58,123 bases of DNA from positions 62,001 through 120,123 of the forward strand of contig JACPAV010000015.1 of assembly GCA_016180645.1 (NCBI GenBank), in the 5' to 3' direction. Position 1 is the stretch's first letter. Every line of letters starts with the position of its first letter. The notes under the pieces were generated by a model, which saw only the letters and a list, made by a program, of their open reading frames with translations, was not told the origin of the DNA and ran no database searches. The translations under genes were made by a program, and so were the position numbers. Positions 30,775 to 41,045 of the stretch are shown here, piece by piece. The DNA is from Nitrospirota bacterium (GTDB taxonomy: Bacteria > JACPQY01).

Positions 30775-31107
30775 CGGGCGAGGGATGACCGTCGGTCCAC
30801 CGAGAACGAGGTCGTGGCACGAAGCGTGATTTGCGAATGGAATTGCACATCTTGTTTCCGTGTGCCGGGGGCGTGGCTTCGGTCGCCGGACTGCGCCATT
30901 CCTGAGCGTGGGCCGGAAGGCGTTGTTGGAGAAGTGTCCCGACTCGTACCCATGTTGTGCCGAACCCCGTTGAAGGGATGGAGGAAGACGCCGACCGCGC
31001 GCTTTCGATTCAATTATAGATACATACAGTCCAGGACAGGCTCCGTCCGGAAAAAAGACGGCGCCGTATGGATTGAAAACGGCACCCGTTCCCGTAGAAT
31101 CGCGCGG

Positions 31108-34100
31108 ATGGGAGTCGTTGTGCTGGAGAGATTTGAAGTGCGCGAGATATTGGGGGAAGGACATTTCGGCAGGGTCCACCGCGCGTTCGACCGAGTGCTG
31201 AAGAAGGAGGTGGCCCTCAAGGAATTTTTTCCGGACCCGTCGGATTCAGGCGGGGAGTCGTCCAAGCGCGAAATGGAGTTCCTAGCGCACCTGAGCCATC
31301 CGGCGCTCGTCCGAGTCCACGATTTCCTGATCGACGAAAGTTCGGGGACCCACTATCTGACTCAGGATCTGGTCCGAGGAGAGAGGCTGTCGGACTTTCT
31401 ACTTGCCGCTGATTGGGAAGCCCGGCTGAACGTTTTCATCCAACTCCTACACGGCCTTGAGTACCTGCATCAGCGAGGGGTGATCCATCTGGACATCAAG
31501 CCCTCCAACGTGCTGGTGTCGATTCCGACGGCTCCGGGTCTTCCTGAGGCGCGGATCCTTGATTTCGGCGTCGCCGAGAGGATGGATCCTACCCGCCGGA
31601 GGGCGCTCATCACCGGAACGTTCCCCTACGTCGCGCCGGAGGTTGTGCGGGGCGATCCGGTGGACGGCCGCGCGGACCTTTACTCGTTGGCGCGGATCTA
31701 CTTCGAATCGTTGCGGCCGCGGCCTTTGCCGGCCGGAGATGGAGCTTCGGACCCCGCCGGTCGGGACGGGGACGATCTGGAAGCGATGATCCGTGAAACG
31801 CTCCGCCGAAAGGCGCCCGAGTTGGAGGATTTTCCCGAGGAGATTCCGCTCTACTTTAGGGAGATTCTTGTGTCGCTTCTCCAGCCCAATCCGCGCGGAC
31901 GGTTCTGGTCCGCCAACGAGGTGGTCCGGCGGATCAACATGCGGACGGGCCTGGCCTTCCCGCTTGAGCCGGGCCGCGTGCGGCTTCCCGACAAGACGAG
32001 CGCGATTCTCGCCGGCCGGACGGCGGAATTTGAGACTCTTTGCCGGTGGTTTGAACAACACCTCCAAGGGGCACGGGCGCTTTCATTTGCGGCCGTGTTC
32101 GGCAAACCGGAAACCGGCAAGAGCGCATTGCTGGACGAATTCCGTCGCTGGGCCGAGCTTCGGGAGATGGAGGTGATCAGTCTGCAACATCCCGATGACG
32201 GAGTGGGGGATCTTTTTCGACGAGCCGCAAAGGATTCCGACCTCGAATCGCTTCGGCCCTTCGCGCCGTTTCTCAAGAACGTCCTTCCCGGTCCCTTCGG
32301 AAATGCGCCGGACCCTCCCGTCATCGAGGCGAGTCCCGATCTCCAGCAGGCGCGCGCCTTCGACAAGTGGACGGAGGCCCTGCGCGTTTTGCTCGATCGT
32401 CGGCCCGTCGCCATCCTCGTGGACGATGCGCATCTGAAGCCCCCGCTTGCGGATCTTCTGCTCCGGCTCGTCCATCGATTACGCGCGCCGGGCGGGATCT
32501 CGGACGTTCCGGGCCCGGCAAAGACTTTCATCAGCGTTCACCCCCACCCTGACCCTCCCCCGTCGAGGGGGAGGGAGAAAGAGGGTGAGGCGCGCTCCTT
32601 CTTGTCCCTTCCCCCCTTGCGGGGGAAGGTGAGGATGGGGGGTGCTGAACGATTACAGACTTTCATTCTGTTCACGGCTGCGGCGGAGGGATTCATTCCG
32701 CCCCAGGCCGCGCCGGATTGGAGCCTCGGCTTGGCGGCCTGGACCAAGGGTCAGGCAACGGGTGTTCTTTTGCGGTTGCTTGGTGTTGACACCGTGCCGG
32801 AGTATTTGTTGGAGCGGCTCGTGGGCGCGACCGAAGGGGTTCCCGGTCTGTTCGTCGAGTGTGTGCGAAGAATGGCAAGCGACGTCCTCCAGCCCGGCGA
32901 AAACATGGAGGCCCAACTGGACGCGCTTGACCCGAGCAGGGTCGACGGCATTCTCGATGCGGGCGCATGGTACGGCGGAGAGATCAAGGCCCTGCCCGGT
33001 TCGGAACAGGACGTGCTGGCTTGGCTCGCCGTTGCCGCGGCGGAACTCCGTTCGGAGGATCTTGAACGCCTTGAGCCCTCCGTGGCCGGGAGTTCGGTTG
33101 CGTTGCTGCGTCGGCTGGAGAGTCTGGGTTGGGTACGATCGGGTCTGCATGGGTATCAGCTTGCCGGGGACCTCCGTCGGGCCGCGGTCGACCGAGCGCT
33201 TGAACCGGGCCGGCGCCAGGAAATGCATTTCCAGATTGCGCGGCGCTGGCGGGAACTGTCCCTGCATCATGCGCGAACGGGGCTTGGTCATGACGGGGCG
33301 GCTCTCGCGCAGGCGGGCCATTGCTTCCGGGCCGGGCGGGCGGAGACGGCGTTTGAGATCGCCGCTCCCGAACTTGCGTTGAGGCTGCGCCTGCACCAGC
33401 CGGAACCGGTCCTCCGGTTCTTGGAGGAGCATCGAGAAGCCGCCGGTCGCCTGCCCCCCGATCCTGGCCGGATGTATCGCAAGCTCCTTGCCGAGGCTTC
33501 CTTCCTCACCTCCAATTTCGCGGCCGCGGCCGCGACCTACCGGGACTTCGCAAGCCAGGGCCTTACGCCCGAAGAACGCGCGGAGTGCACGGCCGGGCTC
33601 GCCCGTTCGCTCCGCTTCGGGGGAAAGCTTGCGGAGGCCGCGGAGGTGATCGAAAGGTCCGGATCGGAGATCCGAGGCGATTCACCCTGGCGGCCGGAGC
33701 TGGACGCCCTGTATGCCGACATTCTCCTCGAACAGGCTCGATACCCGGAGGCGGCGGCCGTCTGTCGGCCCTACCTCGACGGAGGCAGACCCTGCGGGCC
33801 GGACGAAATTCTCGCGTTCCGGCACGTGCTGGCCAAGACGCATTTCTACCGACGCGAAACGGAGCAGGCGATCGCCCTCTTCAAGCAAAACAGCCAGGAG
33901 AGTCGGAGGTCCGGCAGGCTCGCTCGACATGCACTCTCTCTCAATTCACTTGGGGCCGCGTACCTTCTGGCCGGGGCGACCGACGCCGCCGTCGAATCGC
34001 TTCATGCGTGCTCGGTCCTAAGCCAGGAGATCGGCGATCTTCGCGGCATGGCTCTGGCGCATGTCAACCTCGGCGTCTCGTACCAGAAGACGGGCCGTTC

Positions 34101-36477
34101 CGAGCTGTCCGCCGAACACTATGAAAAGGCGCTCGCCATCTCCCGCGGGATCGGGGCCCGAACGGAGGTCGCGCGCATCTTGTACAACCTGGGCATGCTC
34201 CGTTGCGCGGTGGGCGATCTGGAAGGCGGCGAAGACGCCCTGGCTGAGGCCGCGTCCCTCTGCTCTGAATTGGGCATGTCCCATCTGGAGGCGAAGGTTT
34301 GTTTCGAACGGGCGGGTGGCCTCTTGCGACGCGGAGATCGAGCCCGCGCGCGGGCGGAGTGCGAGAAAGGCGAGGCGCTCTATGAAAAGCTCCGAATGCC
34401 GACGGAGCTGCTGGAGATGCGGCTCAAGCGGGCGCAGGTTGAACTGGAGGACGGCCGAGGGGACGAAGCCACGAAGATCATTGAAACCGCGGGAGAGGAG
34501 GCGAGTAAGTCACCCACGCCGTGGCTGCAAGCCCGCATCCTCTACCTGAAGGCCAGGCTCGCCGGCCGGCGCATCGACGTGGCGCGCGATTTGCTGGAAC
34601 GTTCGATGGTGAAATTGGAGTCTTCGGATCGAAAGGATGAGGATCTGAAGCGTCTTGTCATGGAGGAGTTGGGCAGGCTGTCTTCCCCCGGCGGCGCGAG
34701 CCGAGAGCCGCCGGAAGCGGGAGGAGCCGCGCCCGAGCCGACCGGGGAGCGAAGAGCGGGAGGACCGGAGTCGGAGGAGCATGGGGAAACAACGCGCATT
34801 CCTCTCCAACGGAGAAGGGCGGACACCCTGGGTCTGACGCTCTTGGAAATCGCGCGCAAGATCAGCTCCCCGTTGAATGCGGAGGGCGTGCTGGTGGAAA
34901 TCGTGGATTCACTTCTCGCCTTCACGGAGGCCGATCGCGGGTTCCTGTTGCTGATGGAGAAAGGACATCTGGACGTGCGGGTGGCCCGATCGAGGGACAG
35001 GAAGGACATCCTGGACCCGGCCGAGAAGTTCAGCCTGACGGTAGCCGAGGAGGCCTTGAAGGAGCGGCAACCGGTCGTCTCCATGGACGCCGCGAGCGAT
35101 CCTCGGTTCAAGGACTCCGCCAGCATCTACCAGCTTCAACTGAGGTCCGTCGTCGGCATCCCATTCTTCGTGGGCCGGGAGCCTTTGGGGGCGCTGTACC
35201 TCGACACCCAGGAGGGGGAGGGACGGTTCGGCGAGGCCGATTTTCCGCTGCTCTCTTCCCTCGGCGAACTGGCCGCCGTGGCCATCCACAAGGCCGATCT
35301 CACGGCTCAGCATATTCGTGACCAGCGTGAGCTTAGGAAGACCGTCCGGGAACTGCGGGAAGCCAAGAACAGGGTGGACGACCTGGCCCGGAGTCTCGAA
35401 GATTCCAACCGCAAACTCGAGGACAAGGTTGCGACGCAGGAGGGTGAATTGGAGGAAGCCCGGGTTCGCCTGACGGCCTTGATCCACCAGGAGCAACCCA
35501 AGTATGGGTACGACCGAATCATCGGTTCAAGTCGGGCCCTCCGGGACGTTCTCCTCATGGTGGACCGCGCCGTTGAGAGCCGCGTACCCGTCTTGATCGA
35601 GGGCGAAAGTGGAACCGGCAAGGAGCTGGTCGCGCGCGCCATTCATTTCAATTCTTCCAGGAAGGAGAAGCCCTTTGTCCCCATCAACTGCGGGGCGGTG
35701 CCGTATGACTTGTTCGAATCCGAGTTGTTTGGACACGTAAAGGGCGCCTTCACGGGGGCGGATCGCGACAAGCCGGGCCTGATCGAAGTGGCGGCCGGAG
35801 GAACCCTGTTCCTAGATGAGATCGGGGAGATGCCCCTGGGGCTCCAGGTGAAGATGCTCAGAGTTCTCCAAGAAAGCGCGGTGCGGCGCATCGGAGGCGT
35901 GGCGGAGGTTCCGGTCGACGTGCGCATCGTGGCTGCGTCGAACAGGGACCTGAAGACGCTCGTCTCCGAAAAGAAAGTCCGCGAAGACTTCTATTATCGC
36001 CTGAGCGTGTACCGTATCACGGTCCCGCCGCTTGGCCGGCGGAAGGAGGATATTCCACCCTTGGCGGAGCACTTCTTGAAACGAATTGCCGAGGAAGAGG
36101 GCAGGCCGGTGAAAAGCATCTCCCAACAGGCCTTGTCTCTTCTGGCGGGTTTCCATTGGCCCGGCAATGTGCGGGAGTTGGAGAACGCCGTGAGGAATGC
36201 CGCCGTGGCTTGCCGCTCGAACCGGATCGACGTTCAGGATTTGCGGCACAAGCCCGAGCTGTTCGGGGAGTCCGCCTTGATTTCAGCCTCCGGAAATCGA
36301 AGGCTCCGGGATCTTCTCCGAGAAGTTCAGAAGAAAGCGATTGTGGAGGCTTTGCGAAGAAGGGACGGCAACATCACCCTGGCGGCTCAAGACCTCGGTG
36401 TGGGCCGATCTCTCCTTTCCCTTTGGGTGAAGAAGTTTCGACTCAAGTCAAAGGCCGCCGCGGAAAGGACGGGTTAG
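31108..36477 (+). CDS. Ser/Thr kinase + AAA + TPR + GAF + sigma54 activator + Fis HTH fusion
   Basis: LGEGHFG, HLDIKPSN, DFG, APE; GKPETGKS; TPRs; GESGTGKE, GAFTGA, WPGNVRELEN. Confidence 0.93.
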   Translation: MGVVVLERFEVREILGEGHFGRVHRAFDRVLKKEVALKEFFPDPSDSGGESSKREMEFLAHLSHPALVRVHDFLIDESSGTHYLTQDLVRGERLSDFLLAADWEARLNVFIQLLHGLEYLHQRGVIHLDIKPSNVLVSIPTAPGLPEARILDFGVAERMDPTRRRALITGTFPYVAPEVVRGDPVDGRADLYSLARIYFESLRPRPLPAGDGASDPAGRDGDDLEAMIRETLRRKAPELEDFPEEIPLYFREILVSLLQPNPRGRFWSANEVVRRINMRTGLAFPLEPGRVRLPDKTSAILAGRTAEFETLCRWFEQHLQGARALSFAAVFGKPETGKSALLDEFRRWAELREMEVISLQHPDDGVGDLFRRAAKDSDLESLRPFAPFLKNVLPGPFGNAPDPPVIEASPDLQQARAFDKWTEALRVLLDRRPVAILVDDAHLKPPLADLLLRLVHRLRAPGGISDVPGPAKTFISVHPHPDPPPSRGREKEGEARSFLSLPPLRGKVRMGGAERLQTFILFTAAAEGFIPPQAAPDWSLGLAAWTKGQATGVLLRLLGVDTVPEYLLERLVGATEGVPGLFVECVRRMASDVLQPGENMEAQLDALDPSRVDGILDAGAWYGGEIKALPGSEQDVLAWLAVAAAELRSEDLERLEPSVAGSSVALLRRLESLGWVRSGLHGYQLAGDLRRAAVDRALEPGRRQEMHFQIARRWRELSLHHARTGLGHDGAALAQAGHCFRAGRAETAFEIAAPELALRLRLHQPEPVLRFLEEHREAAGRLPPDPGRMYRKLLAEASFLTSNFAAAAATYRDFASQGLTPEERAECTAGLARSLRFGGKLAEAAEVIERSGSEIRGDSPWRPELDALYADILLEQARYPEAAAVCRPYLDGGRPCGPDEILAFRHVLAKTHFYRRETEQAIALFKQNSQESRRSGRLARHALSLNSLGAAYLLAGATDAAVESLHACSVLSQEIGDLRGMALAHVNLGVSYQKTGRSELSAEHYEKALAISRGIGARTEVARILYNLGMLRCAVGDLEGGEDALAEAASLCSELGMSHLEAKVCFERAGGLLRRGDRARARAECEKGEALYEKLRMPTELLEMRLKRAQVELEDGRGDEATKIIETAGEEASKSPTPWLQARILYLKARLAGRRIDVARDLLERSMVKLESSDRKDEDLKRLVMEELGRLSSPGGASREPPEAGGAAPEPTGERRAGGPESEEHGETTRIPLQRRRADTLGLTLLEIARKISSPLNAEGVLVEIVDSLLAFTEADRGFLLLMEKGHLDVRVARSRDRKDILDPAEKFSLTVAEEALKERQPVVSMDAASDPRFKDSASIYQLQLRSVVGIPFFVGREPLGALYLDTQEGEGRFGEADFPLLSSLGELAAVAIHKADLTAQHIRDQRELRKTVRELREAKNRVDDLARSLEDSNRKLEDKVATQEGELEEARVRLTALIHQEQPKYGYDRIIGSSRALRDVLLMVDRAVESRVPVLIEGESGTGKELVARAIHFNSSRKEKPFVPINCGAVPYDLFESELFGHVKGAFTGADRDKPGLIEVAAGGTLFLDEIGEMPLGLQVKMLRVLQESAVRRIGGVAEVPVDVRIVAASNRDLKTLVSEKKVREDFYYRLSVYRITVPPLGRRKEDIPPLAEHFLKRIAEEEGRPVKSISQQALSLLAGFHWPGNVRELENAVRNAAVACRSNRIDVQDLRHKPELFGESALISASGNRRLRDLLREVQKKAIVEALRRRDGNITLAAQDLGVGRSLLSLWVKKFRLKSKAAAERTG
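32539..32644. repeat. Palindromic element inserted in frame in the kinase-activator gene
   Basis: CACCCCCACCCTGACCCTCCCCC..GGGGGAGGG ... CCCTTCCCCC..GGGGGAAGGTGAGGATGGGGGGTG; encodes HPHPDPPPSRGRE...PPLRGKVRMGG. Confidence 0.8.
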
Positions 36478-36581
36478 ATTAAATGAACGAGCCAGCAACC
36501 GGCGTGATTGTTTGGTATACGCGGGTTACGCCTCCGATGAAGGGGGCGCCTATCCGCAAAACAACACGGAGGTACTGGCTC

Positions 36582-37694
36582 ATGACGGAAGATAACAGAA
36601 TTTTGGTGGGATTGGATGTGCATAAGGATTCGATCGCGGTGGCGGTGTTGCCGCCGGGATCGGACCGTGTGACCGAGGCGCCGTCGATCTCGAATGACCC
36701 GGGCAGCCTTCGGAGGCTGGCCGACCGGTTGTCGAAGGGAGGAGCCTTGGCGTTTGTGTACGAGGCGGGACCCTGCGGCTACGAGGTCCACCGGCAGATC
36801 ACTGGGATGGGACATGCCTGCGAGGTGATCGCTCCGGCGCTGACCCCGGTGCGTCCGGGCGACCGGGTCAAGACGGATCGGCGGGATGCCGAGAAGTTGG
36901 CGCGATTCTACCGGGCGGGAGAGCTCACGCCCATTCGGGTCCCGACGCGAGAAGAGGAAGCGGCGCGAGACTTGGTGCGGATTCGGGAGGATGCCCTCTC
37001 CGATCGGCTTCGGGCGCGTCACCGGCTCGGAAAGTTTCTGCTTCGGCAGGGGCGTATCTACCGGGAGACGAAGGCGTGGGGGGTGGCCCATCGAGCATGG
37101 CTCAAGAAAGAGCGGTTTGAGTTCGATCCCTTGCAGCGGACCTTCGAGGGCTATATCCGCGCCCTGGAGGAAACCGAGGCCCGTCTCGCCGTGCTCAGTC
37201 AGCAGGTGTTGGACTTGGCCGAGCGTGAACCCTACCGCGAGACGGTGAAGGCCTTGCGGTGTCTCAAGGGCATCGACACGCTGGGCGCGATCACGCTCAG
37301 CGTTGAGGCGCAGGAGTTCAGGCGATTTGGGAAGGCGCGGGCGTTCATGAGTTACACGGGCGCGGTCAGTTCGGAGTACAGCTCGGGCGAGAAGACCCGC
37401 CGGGGGAGCATCACCAAGGCGGGCAACGCCCATCTCCGGAGAATCCTGGTCGAGGCGGCTTGGAGTTACCGGCGTCCAAACTTGGAAGGTCGATCCTTGT
37501 CCGAGCGCCGGAAAGGCTGCCCGCCCGAGGTCGTGCGGATCGCCAAGAAGGCCCAGGATCGGCTGACTCGGAAATTCGCCCGGATGGTCGGCCGGAGCAA
37601 GCCTTCCCAGGTGGCCGCGGTCGCGGTGGCGCGCGAACTCTCCGGCTTTGTCTGGTCGATCGCCCGGCACGTTCCGGAGGGGAAGACGGCCTGA
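36582..37694 (+). CDS. IS110 DEDD recombinase/transposase
   Basis: GLDVHKDS, YEAGPCG, KTDRRDA, EYSSG, GSITKAGN. Confidence 0.95.
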   Translation: MTEDNRILVGLDVHKDSIAVAVLPPGSDRVTEAPSISNDPGSLRRLADRLSKGGALAFVYEAGPCGYEVHRQITGMGHACEVIAPALTPVRPGDRVKTDRRDAEKLARFYRAGELTPIRVPTREEEAARDLVRIREDALSDRLRARHRLGKFLLRQGRIYRETKAWGVAHRAWLKKERFEFDPLQRTFEGYIRALEETEARLAVLSQQVLDLAEREPYRETVKALRCLKGIDTLGAITLSVEAQEFRRFGKARAFMSYTGAVSSEYSSGEKTRRGSITKAGNAHLRRILVEAAWSYRRPNLEGRSLSERRKGCPPEVVRIAKKAQDRLTRKFARMVGRSKPSQVAAVAVARELSGFVWSIARHVPEGKTA

Positions 37695-37744
37695 TGCACG
37701 GCCTATCCTTGGGAGAGTCCCGGCCCCGGAGGCCAGGCAGCGGA

Positions 37745-37897
37745 AAGGAGAACCCTCGGCGACACTATGTGCAGTGGATGAGAGATCATTCATGACGCAC
37801 GACTCTAGATCGAGGCAGCTCCCGACGAATCACCATCATGCGCCTCTGTCCCGCCTCGGCGGGATAACACGCGAATATCAGTTTGATTCACCGTCGC
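37745..37897 (+). ncRNA. Putative bridge/seek RNA of the IS
   Basis: 3' non-coding region with two hairpin modules: GGAG..CCTCG/CGAGG..CTCC and CGACG..ATCA/TGAT..CGTCG. Confidence 0.55.
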
Positions 37898-38201
37898 AAA
37901 CCAAGAAGAAAAGAAAAAACACGCTCAGCGTTGACCGGCTCGTTCAAATCAGTACCGCGTTGAGTAAGTCCTGCAAGATTCCCTGTACGGGCTTCCAGCG
38001 TCAACACGGTACATACGCCCCGCCGCCATTCGGAAATTCAAACGGAGAGCGGGGCTACCGCACCGCGACCAAGCCCGAAGTATTTGCGGAACTTGTTCAA
38101 CGCGGTACTAGAGGCAGGTCAGAAATGGGGGCCATGGATTCATGTAATCATCGGGTCATGTGGACATGATTCGATGACCACATGGTTCCATGATTACATT
38201 C

Positions 38202-39617
38202 CTAGGAGAGTCCGTACTCCTTGAGTTTGCGCTGGAGTGTGCGGAGGCCGATGCCGAGGGACTTCGCCGCCTGCGTGCGATTTCCCTCCTGGGCGGAGAG
38301 AGCGGATTGGATGGCCATTTTTTCGATCTCCTGCATCGTCAGTCCCGGAGTAACCCTGAAACCGTCGGATTCGGATTCGTTCGCCGCTCCGCGAATCGGA
38401 TGGGGAAGATCGTTGACTCCCAGGGTGGGGGAGTGTCCCAGCACGACCATCTGTTCGATGACGTTACGCAATTCGCGGACGTTCCCCGGCCAGCGATAGT
38501 TGACCAAGTGCTCAAGCGCGGCGGGCTCCACGCTGCGAATGGTCTTGTGGTTTTCCTCCGAGGTGACTTGGATGAACGCTTCCACGAGCAAGGGGATGTC
38601 TTCCTTCCGGTCGCGGAGAGGAGGGACTTCCAAGGTAATGACTTTCAGGCGGTAGAGCAAATCGTCCCGGAATTTTCCCTGGTCCACCAGGGCCTCAATG
38701 TTGCGGTGGGTGGCGGCAATCACTCGAACGTCCACGGAGATCGTCCGGTCGCCGCCCACGCGCATGAACTCGCGCTCTTCGAGGACGCGGAGGAGTTTGG
38801 CCTGCATGGTGTGGGGCATTTCGCCGATCTCATCGAGGAACACGCTTCCCCCATGGGCGAGTTCGAACCGGCCCAGTCGTCGTTCATAGGCCCCGGTGAA
38901 GGCTCCGCGTTCGTGCCCAAACAGTTCGCTCTCCAGGAGGGTTTCCGGGAAGGCGGAGCAGTTGATCGCCATGAAGGGGCGTTCCCTCCGGGGCGAGAGC
39001 GTGTGCAGGGCGCGGGCGACGAGCTCTTTGCCTGTTCCGCTTTCGCCCAGAATGAGGACGCTGGCTTTCGCGGGGGCCACGCGGCGGATTCGTTCGAAGA
39101 GTTCCCGAATGTTGGCTGACTGCCCGATCACGGCGGGAGAGCGGTGCTTTTCCGCGTCGTGCCAGAGGTGCATCAGCTCTTCGTGCTTGCGGGAATCGGC
39201 GAGGATCTTTTCGATGCGGACGAAGAAGTCCCGGAGATCGACCGGTTTGGCGAGGTAATCGGCGGCGCCTTCTTTCATCAGCTCCACTGCGTCGTTGATG
39301 TTGCCCTCGGTGGCCACCATGATGACCGGGAGATTGGGGTGGGTCTCGCGGACGACCTTGAGGATGTCGATGCCTTTCCGGTCCGGGAATTCCGCGTCGC
39401 AGATGATGAGATCGAGATCCGCCGCCTTCAGGACTTTGAGCGTTTCCCTCGCCCGTTCCGCTTCGAAAACGCTGTAGCCTTCCGAGGTCAGCGCGCGGGC
39501 GATGCTGAGCCGGTCGTCGGCCTCGTGAAGGGCGACGAGGATGGACTGGGCGGCCTTGGCGCCCACCCGGGGGGGCTTGGCTCGGACAATCGCCTGGGTT
39601 TCTTTGTCGTTGTTCAT
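38202..39617 (-). CDS. NtrC-family sigma54-dependent response regulator
   Basis: Receiver domain; GESGTGKE, GAFTGA, WPGNVREL; C-terminal HTH. Confidence 0.93.
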   Translation of the reverse strand: MNNDKETQAIVRAKPPRVGAKAAQSILVALHEADDRLSIARALTSEGYSVFEAERARETLKVLKAADLDLIICDAEFPDRKGIDILKVVRETHPNLPVIMVATEGNINDAVELMKEGAADYLAKPVDLRDFFVRIEKILADSRKHEELMHLWHDAEKHRSPAVIGQSANIRELFERIRRVAPAKASVLILGESGTGKELVARALHTLSPRRERPFMAINCSAFPETLLESELFGHERGAFTGAYERRLGRFELAHGGSVFLDEIGEMPHTMQAKLLRVLEEREFMRVGGDRTISVDVRVIAATHRNIEALVDQGKFRDDLLYRLKVITLEVPPLRDRKEDIPLLVEAFIQVTSEENHKTIRSVEPAALEHLVNYRWPGNVRELRNVIEQMVVLGHSPTLGVNDLPHPIRGAANESESDGFRVTPGLTMQEIEKMAIQSALSAQEGNRTQAAKSLGIGLRTLQRKLKEYGLS

Positions 39618-39622
39618 CTTGG

Positions 39623-39647
39623 AGCTGTCAGCAATCAGCCGTCAGCC
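39623..39647. repeat. Heptamer tandem repeat (GCNNTCA); similar tract at 45664-45694
   Basis: AGCTGTCAGCAATCAGCCGTCAGC. Confidence 0.6.
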
Positions 39648-39665
39648 TCCGGTGCAGGGGATGTG

Positions 39666-39718
39666 GTAGCCGCAGCCTTCAGGCTGCGTCCGGGACGCGG
39701 GCTGAAGCCCGCGCCTAC
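39666..39718. repeat. GTAG-type REP doublet
   Basis: GTAGCCGCAGCCTTCAGGCTGCG...CGCGGGCTGAAGCCCGCGCCTAC. Confidence 0.8.
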
Positions 39719-39853
39719 CGGTCTCCCGCATTGGCCATCGATAGACTGTCCGCTGGATGCTGATGGCTATTGTAGCCCCTACCGCCCTTCCGAATCCAGG
39801 ACGGCCCTCATTCGTAACGTGACACGGGACACGTGGCACGTGGCACGGTGACC

Positions 39854-40417
39854 CTACGCCTTGACGCGTTGGAGGAACGAATTGTCCCGCGTGTCGATCA
39901 TGATCTTCTCGCCGGTGACAACGAACTGGGGGACTTGGACCATCAGGCCGGTTTCCAGCTTGGCGGGCTTCTTGGAGGCGCTTTGCGTGGCGCCGGCCAG
40001 GGAGGGATCCGTCTCGACGACCGTCAGGGCGACTTGGGTCGGAGGTTCCACGGCGGTGGGTTTCTCATCGCAGAAATCGACCGTTACCGTGGTGTTGGGA
40101 AGAAGATAGTTGGTCGCTTCGCCGACGATGTCCTTGTGGAGCGAAAGTTGGTCGAATGTCTTGCTGTCCATGAAGACGTAGTTTTCGCCGTCCAGATACA
40201 GATACTCCATGTCTTTGCGCTCCAGGACGGCGACGTCCACTTGGTCCTCCGAGCGGAAGCGGTGGTCCAGCGTGCGCCCGGTGGCGATGTTGCGGATTTT
40301 CGTCTGGACCATCCCGCGCCAGTTTCCGGGGGTGACGTGCTGGATTTCCGACACACGGCAGAGCTTTCCCTCGTAGTAAATGATCATGCCGACCTTGAGC
40401 TGCGTTGCGGGGATCAT
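39854..40417 (-). CDS. efp: Elongation factor P
   Basis: HVTPGNWRG, YLYLDGENYVFMD, KPAKLETG..VQVPQFV. Confidence 0.95.
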   Translation of the reverse strand: MIPATQLKVGMIIYYEGKLCRVSEIQHVTPGNWRGMVQTKIRNIATGRTLDHRFRSEDQVDVAVLERKDMEYLYLDGENYVFMDSKTFDQLSLHKDIVGEATNYLLPNTTVTVDFCDEKPTAVEPPTQVALTVVETDPSLAGATQSASKKPAKLETGLMVQVPQFVVTGEKIMIDTRDNSFLQRVKA

Positions 40418-40551
40418 GAGGGGCGGGATAGTAGACCAGATGGGGTAAAGGATCAAGCGCCCGAATTGTCGGCCTTCTCCGCCGACCTTGCTTCGTCCGC
40501 CAGAGCGGGTTTCGCGAAGGTGGGAGCACCGCCCGACGTGGATTCCAGAGG

Positions 40552-40944
40552 TTATCGGGCTTGGGCCTTGCCTTCACGAGGCGTGAGCCATGCCAGCACA
40601 GCCGCTATTGCGAACAGAGCCGAAACATCACCCCAGAGGTGACCCCTGTTATGGTCGCCGTCGAACGACTGCACGGTCATGACCCCGCCGTGTACGATGC
40701 TGGACCAGACGGTGAACCAAATGAGACTTCGGTGTGCGAGGGGGTTACGGGCGGCGAGGATGAGAAAGACCCCGAGCGTGGCGTAAACGGCGAGGATCAT
40801 TTCAAAGTAGTACGAACGACCCTCGGCATGCCACGACCAGCCGGACGGCCAGACGACCGTGAGCGGCCATAGGCCGAAAACAAAAGCCAGCCCGACAAGC
40901 ACCAGAACGATGCGCAGATACTTGATGCGATCAGATTCAGTCAT
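40552..40944 (-). CDS. Four-TM membrane protein (DUF6632-like)
   Basis: WPSGWSW, YATLGVFL, HRSLIWFTVWSS, HLWGD; AAGGAG RBS. Confidence 0.7.
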   Translation of the reverse strand: MTESDRIKYLRIVLVLVGLAFVFGLWPLTVVWPSGWSWHAEGRSYYFEMILAVYATLGVFLILAARNPLAHRSLIWFTVWSSIVHGGVMTVQSFDGDHNRGHLWGDVSALFAIAAVLAWLTPREGKAQAR

Positions 40945-41045
40945 GGTCTTCTCCTTCGGATCATCATAAATCGCGTACTTCAGGAATCGCCTCTCGCGTG
41001 CGCCGGGAGACGAAAGTCCTTGAGGGATAATCCCATGCCATCAAT

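Larger units (their letters stand above)
36478..37952 (+). mobile_element. IS110-family (IS1111-type) insertion sequence
   Basis: Sub-terminal IRs TGAACGAGCC (36484) / GGCTCGTTCA (37937); AG core at both junctions; about 260-nt 3' non-coding region. Confidence 0.8.

Noticed and set aside
30815-30835. Plus-strand sigma54 promoter at TGGCACG
   Set aside because: No TTGC at the required spacing.
30637-31107. N-terminal extension of the kinase-activator
   Set aside because: No recognisable domain; overlaps the divergent promoter region; the kinase domain begins at ATG 31108.
36474-37793. 439-aa minus-strand ORF
   Set aside because: Antisense to the IS110 transposase.
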